A stretch of 64,000 bases of DNA, from positions 62,001-126,000 of the forward strand of contig OZ059898.1 in NCBI GenBank assembly GCA_964057225.1, read 5' to 3'. Shown piece after piece: positions 1 to 11,400 of the stretch; positions within the stretch are counted from its first letter, which is position 1, and each line of letters starts with the position of its first letter. The DNA is from Auanema rhodensis. Taxonomy: Eukaryota > Animalia > Nematoda. Position numbers and translations under genes: made by a program. The notes under the pieces are model-generated. The model was not told the origin of the DNA and did not search any database. It was given only the letters and a program-made list of their open reading frames with translations.

Positions 1-29
1 TTACATACCAAGTGCACATCACGTGTACA

Positions 30-49
30 TTTAATTAGCATAAATTAAA
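30..49. other. Inverted repeat TTTAATT-agcata-AATTAAA (7-bp arms, 6-nt spacer), recurring in nearly every monomer
   Basis: 30-36 TTTAATT is the reverse complement of 43-49 AATTAAA. Confidence 0.9.
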
Positions 50-161
50 GTTCACGTAAATTTCAAAGTCATGGTTACCATGCACCAATATCAATAAAAA
101 TTTGTTTTTAGACTAATATGGACATGGGGAATCTAATTTTGAAAACCGCATCTCTTTATCT

Positions 162-171
162 TTCACGTGAA
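162..171. other. Perfect 10-bp palindrome TTCACGTGAA (CACGTG E-box/G-box core), with related copies ATCACGTGTA (18-27) and TTCACGTAAA (51-60)
   Basis: Direct reading. CACGTG is an established bHLH/bZIP core motif; binding here is not demonstrated. Confidence 0.9.
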
Positions 172-244
172 GCGAGTTACATACCAAGTGCACATCACGT
201 GTACATTTAATTAGCATAAATTAAAGTTCACGTAAATTTCAAAG

Positions 245-259
245 TCATGGTTACCATGA
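245..259. other. 15-bp interrupted palindrome TCATGGT-T-ACCATGA (monomer positions 69-83; contains BstEII GGTTACC); 13 bp in CAC-class monomers
   Basis: Shown in monomer 2. TCATGGT is the reverse complement of ACCATGA; the A83C class variant removes the outermost pair. Confidence 0.92.
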
Positions 260-3200
260 AGCAATATCAATAAAAATTTGTTTTTAGACTAATATGGACA
301 TGGGGAATCTAATTTTGAAAACCGCATCTCTTTATCTTTCACGTGAAGCGAGTTACATACCAAGTGCACATCACGTGTACATTTAATTAGCATAAATTAA
401 AGTTCACGTAAATTTCAAAGTCATGGTTACCATGAACCAATATCAATAAAAATTTGTTTTTAGACTAATATGGACATGGGGAATCTAATTTTGAAAACCG
501 CATCTCTTTATCTTTCACGTGAAGCGAGTTACATACCAAGTGCACATCACGTGTACATTTAATTAGCATAAATTAAAGTTCACGTAAATTTCAAAGTCAT
601 GGTTACCATGAAGCAATATCAATAAAAATTTGTTTTTAGACTAATATGGACATGGGGAATCTAATTTTGAAAACCGCATCTCTTTATCTTTCACGTGAAG
701 CGAGTTACATACCAAGTGCACATCACGTGTACATTTAATTAGCATAAATTAAAGTTCACGTAAATTTCAAAGTCATGGTTACCATGAAGCAATATCAATA
801 AAAATTTGTTTTTAGACTAATATGGACATGGGGAATCTAATTTTGAAAACCGCATCTCTTTATCTTTCACTTGAAGCGAGTTACATACCAAGTGCACATC
901 ACGTGTACATTTAATTAGCATAAATTAAAGTTCACGTAAATTTCAAAGTCATGGTTACCATGAACCAATATCAATAAAAATTTGTTTTGAGACTAATATG
1001 GACATGGGGAATCTAATTTTGAAAACCGCATCTCTTTATCTTTCACGTGAAGCGAGTTACATACCAAGTGCACATCACGTGTACATTTAATTAGCATAAA
1101 TTAAAGTTCACGTAAATTTCAAAGTCATGGTTACCATGAACCAATATCAATAAAAATTTGTTTTGAGACTAATATGGACATGGGGAATCTAATTTTGAAA
1201 ACCGCATCTCTTTATCTTTCACGTGAAGCGAGTTACATACCAAGTGCACATCACATGTACATTTAATTAGCATAAATTAAAGTTCACGTAAATTTCAAAG
1301 TCATGGTTACCATGCACCAATATCAATAAAAATTTGTTTTTAGACTAATATGGACATGGGGAATCTAATTTTGAAAACCGCATCTCTTTATCTTTCACGT
1401 GAAGCGAGTTACATACCAAGTGCACATCACGTGTACATTTAATTAGCATAAATTAAAGTTCACGTAAATTTCAAAGTCATGGTTACCATGAAGCAATATC
1501 AATAAAAATTTGTTTTTAGACTAATATGGACATGGGGAATCTAATTTTGAAAACCGCATCTCTTTATCTTTCACGTGAAGCGAGTTACATACCAAGTGCA
1601 CATCACGTGTACATTTAATTAGCATAAATTAAAGTTCACGTAAATTTCAAAGTCATGGTTACCATGAAGCAATATCAATAAAAATTTGTTTTTAGACTAA
1701 TATGGACAGGGGGAATCTAATTTTGAAAACCGCATCTCTTTATCTTTCACGTGAAGCGAGTTACATACCAAGTGCACATCACGTGTACATTTAATTAGCA
1801 TAAATTAAAGTTCACGTAAATTTCAAAGTCATGGTTACCATGAAGCAATATCAATAAAAATTTGTTATTAGACTAATATGGACATGGGAAATCTAATTTT
1901 GAAAACCGCATCTCTTTATCTTTCACGTGAAGCGAGTTACATACCAAGTGCACATCACGTGTACATTTAATTAGCATAAATTAAAGTTCACGTAAATTTC
2001 AAAGTCATGGTTACCATGAACCAATATCAATAAAAATTTGTTTTGAGACTAATATGGACATGGGGAATCTAATTTTGAAAACCGCATCTCTTTATCTTTC
2101 ACGTGAAGCGAGTTACATACCAAGTGCACATCACGTGTACATTTAATTAGCATAAATTAAAGTTCACGTAAATTTCAAAGTCATGGTTACCATGCACCAA
2201 TATCAATAAAAATTTGTTTTTAGACTAATATGGACATGGGGAATCTAATTTTGAAAACCGCATCTCTTTATCTTTCACGTGAAGCGAGTTACATACCAAG
2301 TGCACATCACGTGTACATTTAATTAGCATAAATTAAAGTTCACGTAAATTTCAAAGTCATGGTTACCATGAAGCAATATCAATAAAAATTTGTTTTTAGA
2401 CTAATATGGACATGGGGAATCTAATTTTGAAAACCGCATCTCTTTATCTTTCACGTGAAGCGAGTTACATACCAAGTGCACATCACGTGTACATTTAATT
2501 AGCATAAATTAAAGTTCACGTAAATTTCAAAGTCATGGTTACCATGCACCAATATCAATAAAAATTTGTTTTTAGACTAATATGGACATGGGGAATCTAA
2601 TTTTGAAAACCGCATCTCTTTATCTTTCACGTGAAGCGAGTTACATACCAAGTGCACATCACGTGTACATTTAATTAGCATAAATTAAAGTTCACGTAAA
2701 TTTCAAAGTCATGGTTACCATGAAGCAATATCAATAAAAATTTGTTTTTAGACTAATATGGACATGGGGAATCTAATTTTGAAAACCGCATCTCTTTATC
2801 TTTCACGTGAAGCGAGTTACATACCAAGTGCACATCACGTGTACATTTAATTAGCATAAATTAAAGTTCACGTAAATTTCAAAGTCATGGTTACCATGAA
2901 GCAATATCAATAAAAATTTGTTTTTAGACTAATATGGACAGGGGGAATCTAATTTTGAAAACCGCATCTCTTTATCTTTCACGTGAAGCGAGTTACATAC
3001 CAAGTGCACATCACGTGTACATTTAATTAGCATAAATTAAAGTTCACGTAAATTTCAAAGTCATGGTTACCATGAAGCAATATCAATAAAAATTTGTTTT
3101 TAGACTAATATGGACATGGGGAATCTAATTTTGAAAACCGCATCTCTTTATCTTTCACGTGAAGCGAGTTACATACCAAGTGCACATCACGTGTACATTT

Positions 3201-4576
3201 AATTAGCATAAATTAAAGTTCACGTAAATTTCAAAGTCATGGTTACCATGAACCAATATCAATAAAAATTTGTTTTTAGACTAATATGGACATGGGGAAT
3301 CTAATTTTGAAAACCGCATCTCTTTATCTTTCACGTGAAGCGAGTTACATACCAAGTGCACATCACGTGTACATTTAATTAGCATGAATTAAAGTTCACG
3401 TAAATTTCAAAGTCATGGTTACCATGCACCAATATCAATAAAAATTTGTTTTTAGACTAATATGGACATGGGGAATCTAATTTTGAAAACCGCATCTCTT
3501 TATCTTTCACGTGAAGCGAGTTACATACCAAGTGCACATCACGTGTACATTTAATTAGCATAAATTAAAGTTCACGTAAATTTCAAAGTCATGGTTACCA
3601 TGCACCAATATCAATAAAAATTTGTTTTTAGACTAATTTGGACATGGGGAATCTAATTTTGAAAACCGCATCTCTTTATCTTTCACGTGAAGCGAGTTAC
3701 ATACCAAGTGCACATCACGTGTACATTTAATTAGCATAAATTAAAGTTCACGTAAATTTCAAAGTCATGGTTACCATGAACCAATATCAATAAAAATTTG
3801 TTTTTAGACTAATATGGACATGGGGAATCTAATTTTGAAAACCGCATCTCTTCTTCTTTCACGTGAAGCGAGTTACATACCAAGTGCACATCACGTGTAC
3901 ATTTAATTAGCATAAATTAAAGTTCACGTAAATTTCAAAGTCATGGTTACCATGAACCAATATCAATAAAAATTTGTTTTTAGACTAATATGGACATGGG
4001 GAATCTAATTTTGAAAACCGCATCTCTTTATCTTTCACGTGAAGCGAGTTACATACCAAGTGCACATCACGTGTACATTTAATTAGCATAAATTAAATTT
4101 CACGTAAATTTCAAAGTCATGGTTACCATGCACCAATATCAATAAAAATTTGTTTTTAGACTAATATGGACATGGGGAATCTAATTTTGAAAACCGCATC
4201 TCTTTATCTTTCACGTGAATCGAGTTACATACCAAGTGCACATCACGTGTACATTTAATTAGCATAAATTAAAGTTCACGTAAATTTCAAAGTCATGGTT
4301 ACCATGAACCAATATCAATAAAAATTTGTTTTTAGACTAATATGGACATGGGGAATCTATTTTTGAAAACCGCATCTCTTTATCTTTCACGTGAAGCGAG
4401 TTACATACCAAGTGCACATCACGTGTACATTTAATTAGCATAAATTAAAGTTCACGTAAATTTCAAAGTCATGGTTACCATGAACCAATATCAATAAAAA
4501 TTTGTTTTTAGACTAATATGGACATGGGGAATCTAATTTTGAAAACCGCATCTCTTTATCTTTCACGTGAAGCGAG

Positions 4577-7500
4577 TTACATAACAAGTGCACATCACGT
4601 GTACATTTAATTAGCATAAATTAAAGTTCACGTAAATTTCAAAGTCATGGTTACCATGCACCAATATCAATAAAAATTTGTTTTTAGACTAATATGGACA
4701 TGGGGAATCTAATTTTGAAAACCGCATCTCTTTATCTTTCACGTGAAGCGAGTTACATACCAAGTGCACATCACGTGTACATTTAATTAGCATAAATTAA
4801 AGTTCACGTAAATTTCAAAGTCATGGTTACCATGCACCAATATCAATAAAAATTTGTTTTTAGACTAATATGGACATGGGGAATCTAATTTTGAAAACCG
4901 CATCTCTTTATCTTTCACGTGAAGCGAGTTACATACCAAGTGCACATCACGTGTACATTTAATTAGCATAAATTAAAGTTCACGTAAATTTCAAAGTCAT
5001 GGTTACCATGAACCAATATCAATAAAAATTTGTTTTGAGACTAATATGGACATGGGGAATCTAATTTTGAAAACCGCATCTCTTTATCTTTCACGTGAAG
5101 CGAGTTACATACCAAGTGCACATCACGTGTACATTTAATTAGCATAAATTAAAGTTCACGTAAATTTCAAAGTCATGGTTACCATGAAGCAATATCAATA
5201 AAAATTTGTTTTTAGACTAATATGGACATGGGGAATCTAATTTTGAAAACCGCATCTCTTTATCTTTCACGTGAAGCGAGTTACATACCAAGTGCACATC
5301 ACGTGTACATTTAATTAGCATAAATTAAAGTTCACGTAAAATTCAAAGTCATGGTTACCATGAACCAATATCAATAAAAATTTGTTTTTAGACTAATATG
5401 GACATGGGAAATCTAATTTTGAAAACCGCATCTCTTTATCTTTCACGTGAAGCGAGTTACATACCAAGTGCACATCACGTGTACATTTAATTAGCATAAA
5501 TTAAAGTTCACGTAAATTTCAAAGTCATGGTTACCATGAACCAATATCAATAAAAATTTGTTTTTAGACTAATATGGACTAGGGGAATCTAATTTTGAAA
5601 ACCGCATCTCTTTATCTTTCACGTGAAGCGAGTTACATACCAAGTGCACATCACGTGTACATTTAATTAGCATAAATTAAAGTTCACGTAAATTTCAAAG
5701 TCATGGTTACCATGCACCAATATCAATAAAAATTTGTTTTTAGACTAATATGGACATGGGGAATCTAATTTTGAAAACCGCATCTCTTTATCTTTCACGT
5801 GAAGCGAGTTACATACCAAGTGCACATCACGTGTACATTTAATTAGCATAAATTAAAGTTCACGTAAATTTCAAAGTCATGGTTACCATGCACCAATATC
5901 AATAAAAGTTTGTTTTTAGACTAATATGGACATGGGGAATCTAATTTTGAAAACCGCATCTCTTTATCTTTCACGTGAAGCGAGTTACATAACAAGTGCA
6001 CATCACGTGTACATTTAATTAGCATAAATTAAAGTTTACGTAAATTTCAAAGTCATGGTTACCATGCACCAATATCAATAAAAATTTGTTTTTAGACTAA
6101 TATGGACATGGGGAATCTAATTTTGAAAACCGCATCTCTTTATCTTTCACGTGAAGCGAGTTACATACCAAGTGCACATCACGTGTACATTTAATTAGCA
6201 TAAATTAAAGTTCACGTAAATTTCAAAGTCATGGTTACCATGAACCAATATCAATAAAAATTTGTTTTGAGACTAATATGGACATGGGGAATCTAATTTT
6301 GAAAACCGCATCTCTTTATCTTTCACGTGAAGCGAGTTACATACCAAGTGCACATCACGTGTACATTTAATTAGCATAAATTAAAGTTCACGTAAATTTC
6401 AAAGTCATGGTTACCATGAACCAATATCAATAAAAATTTGTTTTGAGACTAATATGGACATGGGGAATCTAATTTTGAAAACCGCATCTCTTTATCTTTC
6501 ACGTGAAGCGAGTTACATACCAAGTGCACATCACGTGTACATTTAATTAGCATAAATTAAAGTTCACGTAAATTTCAAAGTCATGGTTACCATGAACCAA
6601 TATCAATAAAAATTTGTTTTTAGACTAATATGGACATGGGAAATCTAATTTTGAAAACCGCATCTCTTTATCTTTCACGTGAAGCGAGTTACATAACAAG
6701 TGCACATCACGTGTACATTTAATTAGCATAAATTAAAGTTCACGTAAATTTCAAAGTCATGGTTACCATGCACCAATATCAATAAAAATTTGTTTTTAGA
6801 CTAATATGGACATGGGGAATCTAATTTTGAAAACCGCATCTCTTTATCTTTCACGTGAAGCGAGTTACATACCAAGTGCACATCACGTGTACATTTAATT
6901 AGCATAAATTAAAGTTCACGTAAATTTCAAAGTCATGGTTACCATGCACCAATATCAATAAAAATTTGTTTTTAGACTAATATGGACATGGGGAATCTAA
7001 TTTTGAAAACCGCATCTCTTTATCTTTCACGTGAAGCGAGTTACATACCAAGTGCACATCACGTGTACATTTAATTAGCATAAATTAAAGTTCACGTAAA
7101 TTTCAAAGTCATGGTTACCATGAACCAATATCAATAAAAATTTGTTTTGAGACTAATATGGACATGGGGAATCTAATTTTGAAAACCGCATCTCTTTATC
7201 TTTCACGTGAAGCGAGTTACATACCAAGTGCACATCACGTGTACATTTAATTAGCATAAATTAAAGTTCACGTAAATTTCAAAGTCATGGTTACCATGAA
7301 GCAATATCAATAAAAATTTGTTTTTAGACTAATATGGACATGGGGAATCTAATTTTGAAAACCGCATCTCTTTATCTTTCACGTGAAGCGAGTTACATAC
7401 CAAGTGCACATCACGTGTACATTTAATTAGCATAAATTAAAGTTCACGTAAAATTCAAAGTCATGGTTACCATGAACCAATATCAATAAAAATTTGTTTT

Positions 7501-8448
7501 TAGACTAATATGGACATGGGAAATCTAATTTTGAAAACCGCATCTCTTTATCTTTCACGTGAAGCGAGTTACATACCAAGTGCACATCACGTGTACATTT
7601 AATTAGCATAAATTAAAGTTCACGTAAATTTCAAAGTCATGGTTACCATGAACCAATATCAATAAAAATTTGTTTTTAGACTAATATGGACTAGGGGAAT
7701 CTAATTTTGAAAACCGCATCTCTTTATCTTTCACGTGAAGCGAGTTACATACCAAGTGCACATCACGTGTACATTTAATTAGCATAAATTAAAGTTCACG
7801 TAAATTTCAAAGTCATGGTTACCATGCACCAATATCAATAAAAATTTGTTTTTAGACTAATATGGACATGGGGAATCTAATTTTGAAAACCGCATCTCTT
7901 TATCTTTCACGTGAAGCGAGTTACATACCAAGTGCACATCACGTGTACATTTAATTAGCATAAATTAAAGTTCACGTAAATTTCAAAGTCATGGTTACCA
8001 TGCACCAATATCAATAAAAGTTTGTTTTTAGACTAATATGGACATGGGGAATCTAATTTTGAAAACCGCATCTCTTTATCTTTCACGTGAAGCGAGTTAC
8101 ATAACAAGTGCACATCACGTGTACATTTAATTAGCATAAATTAAAGTTTACGTAAATTTCAAAGTCATGGTTACCATGCACCAATATCAATAAAAATTTG
8201 TTTTTAGACTAATATGGACATGGGGAATCTAATTTTGAAAACCGCATCTCTTTATCTTTCACGTGAAGCGAGTTACATACCAAGTGCACATCACGTGTAC
8301 ATTTAATTAGCATAAATTAAAGTTCACGTAAATTTCAAAGTCATGGTTACCATGAACCAATATCAATAAAAATTTGTTTTGAGACTAATATGGACATGGG
8401 GAATCTAATTTTGAAAACCGCATCTCTTTATCTTTCACGTGAAGCGAG
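4577..8448. repeat. Higher-order duplication with a 12-monomer (2112 bp) offset: monomers 27-36 = 39-48
   Basis: Private variants A100G (5908, 8020) and C53T (6037, 8149) recur exactly 2112 bp apart, with identical class order. Confidence 0.9.
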
Positions 8449-11400
8449 TTACATACCAAGTGCACATCACGTGTACATTTAATTAGCATAAATTAAAGTT
8501 CACGTAAATTTCAAAGTCATGGTTACCATGAAGCAATATCAATAAAAATTTGTTTTTAGACTAATATGGACATGGGGAATCTTATTTTGAAAACCGCATC
8601 TCTTTATCTTTCACGTGAAGCGAGTTACATACCAAGTGCACATCACGTGTACATTTAATTAGCATAAATTAAAGTTCACGTAAAATTCAAAGTCATGGTT
8701 ACCATGAACCAATATCAATAAAAATTTGTTTTTAGACTAATATGGACATGGGGAATCTAATTTTGAAAACCGCATCTCTTTATCTTTCACGTGAAGCGAG
8801 TTACATACCAAGTGCACATCACGTGTACATTTAATTAGCATAAATTAAAGTTCACGTAAATTTCAAAGTCATGGTTACCATGAACCAATATCAATAAAAA
8901 TTTGTTTTTAGACTAATATGGACTAGGGAAATCTAATTTTGAAAACCGCATCTCTTTATCTTTCACGTGAAGCGAGTTACATACCAAGAGCACATCACGT
9001 GTACATTTAATTAGCATAAATTAAAGTTCACGTAAATTTCAAAGTCATGGTTACCATGCACCAATATCAATAAAAATTTGTTTTTAGACTAATATGGACA
9101 TGGGGAATCTAATTTTGAAAACCGCATCTCTTTATCTTTCACGTGAAGCGAGTTACATACCAAGTGCACATCACGTGTACATTTAATTAGCATAAATTAA
9201 AGTTCACGTAAATTTCAAAGTCATGGTTACCATGCACCAATATCAATAAAAATTTGTTTTTAGACTAATATGGACTAGGGAAATCTAATTTTGAAAACCG
9301 CATCTCTTTATCTTTCACGTGAAGCGAGTTACATACCAAGAGCACATCACGTGTACATTTAATTAGCATAAATTAAAGTTCACGTAAATTTCAAAGTCAT
9401 GGTTACCATGAAGCAATATCAATAAAAATTTGTTTTTAGACTAATATGGACATGGGGAATCTAATTTTGAAAACCGCATCTCTTTATCTTTCACGTGAAG
9501 CGAGTTACATACCAAGTGCACATCACGTGTACATTTAATTAGCATAAATTAAAGTTCACGTAAAATTCAAAGTCATGGTTACCATGAACCAATATCAATA
9601 AAAATTTGTTTTTAGACTAATATGGACATGGGGAATCTAATTTTGAAAACCGCATCTCTTTATCTTTCACGTGAAGCGAGTTACATACCAAGTGCACATC
9701 ACGTGTACATTTAATTAGCATAAATTAAAGTTCACGTAAATTTCAAAGTCATGGTTACCATGAACCAATATCAATAAAAATTTGTTTTTAGACTAATATG
9801 GACTAGGGAAATCTAATTTTGAAAACCGCATCTCTTTATCTTTCACGTGAAGCGAGTTACATACCAAGTGCACATCACGTGTACATTTAATTAGCATAAA
9901 TTAAAGTTCACGTAAATTTCAAAGTCATGGTTACCATGCACCAATATCAATAAAAATTTGTTTTTAGACTAATATGGACATGGGGAATCTAATTTTGAAA
10001 ACCGCATCTCTTTATCTTTCACGTGAAGCGAGTTACATACCAAGTGCACATCACGTGTACATTTAATTAGCATAAATTAAAGTTCACGTAAATTTCAAAG
10101 TCATGGTTACCATGAAGCAATATCAATAAAAATTTGTTTTTAGACTAATATGGACATGGGGAATCTAATTTTGAAAACCGCATCTCTTTATCTTTCACGT
10201 GAAGCGAGTTACATACCAAGTGCACATCACGTGTACATTTAATTAGCATAAATTAAAGTTCACGTAAATTTCAAAGTCATGGTTACCATGAAGCAATATC
10301 AATAAAAATTTGTTTTTAGACTAATATGGACATGGGGAATCTAATTTTGAAAACCGCATCTCTTTATCTTTCACGTGAAGCGAGTTCCATACCAAGTGCA
10401 CATCACGTGTACATTTAATTAGCATAAATTAAAGTTCACGTAAATTTCAAAGTCATGGTTACCATGAACCAATATCAATAAAAATTTGTTTTGAGACTAA
10501 TATGGACATGGGGAATCTAATTTTGAAAACCGCATCTCTTTATCTTTCACGTGAAGCGAGTTACATACCAAGTGCACATCACGTGTACATTTAATTAGCA
10601 TAAATTAAAGTTCACGTAAATTTCAAAGTCATGGTTACCATGCACCAATATCAATAAAAATTTGTTTTTAGACTAATATGGACATGGGGAATCTAATTTT
10701 GAAAACCGCATCTCTTTATCTTTCACGTGAAGCGAGTTACATACCAAGTGCACATCACGTGTACATTTAATTAGCATAAATTAAAGTTCACGTAAATTTC
10801 AAAGTCATGGTTACCATGAAGCAATATCAATAAAAATTTGTTTTTAGACTAATATGGACATGGGGAATCTAATTTTGAAAACCGCATCTCTTTATCTTTC
10901 ACGTGAAGCGAGTTACATACCAAGTGCACATCACGTGTACATTTAATTAGCATAAATTAAAGTTCACGTAAATTTCAAAGTCATGGTTACCATGAACCAA
11001 TATCAATAAAAATTTGTTTTTAGACTAATATGGACATGGGGAATCTAATTTTGAAAACCGCATCTCTTTATCTTTCACGTGAAGCGAGTTACATACCAAG
11101 TGCACATCACGTGTACATTTAATTAGCATAAATTAAAGTTCACGTAAATTTCAAAGTCATGGTTACCATGAAGCAATATCAATAAAAATTTGTTTTTAGA
11201 CTAATATGGACATGGGGAATCTAATTTTGAAAACCGCATCTCTTTATCTTTCACGTGAAGCGAGTTACATACCAAGTGCACATCACGTGTACATTTAATT
11301 AGCATAAATTAAAGTTCACGTAAATTTCAAAGTCATGGTTACCATGAAGCAATATCAATAAAAATTTGTTTTTAGACTAATATGGACATGGGGAATCTAA

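Larger units (their letters stand above)
1..176. repeat. Reference monomer (CAC class at positions 83-85); the phase is arbitrary and set by the window start
   Basis: Direct reading; the next copy starts at 177. Confidence 0.98.

Noticed and set aside
86-99. Invariant 14-bp stretch CAATATCAATAAAA as a conserved functional box (includes AATAAA)
   Set aside because: With about a third of positions variable, one invariant run of this length is plausible by chance, and AATAAA is expected in 68% AT DNA.
18-125. Budding-yeast-type point centromere (CDEI ATCACGTG, ~77 bp spacer, then TGTTTTT like the start of CDEIII)
   Set aside because: The spacer is far below the >90% AT of CDEII, the essential CDEIII CCG core is missing at the expected position, and point centromeres are not tandemly arrayed.
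30-145. Phased A-tract curvature with ~10-bp periodicity
   Set aside because: A/T tracts are present (30-36, 42-49, 58-67, 96-109, 135-145) but their spacing is not convincingly 10-11 bp by eye; a curvature or periodicity calculation is needed.
1-176. Assignment to known 176-bp satellites (Brassica CentBr HindIII family, honeybee AluI repeat)
   Set aside because: Only the length matches. The monomer has no AAGCTT or AGCT site and I cannot show collinear similarity without an alignment.
1-176. Tandem RNA gene (5S rRNA, tRNA, snRNA, spliced leader), telomeric repeat or MITE-derived unit
   Set aside because: I see no Pol III A/B/C boxes, cloverleaf or recognisable RNA gene sequence, no short G-rich telomeric motif, and no terminal inverted repeats with target-site duplication.
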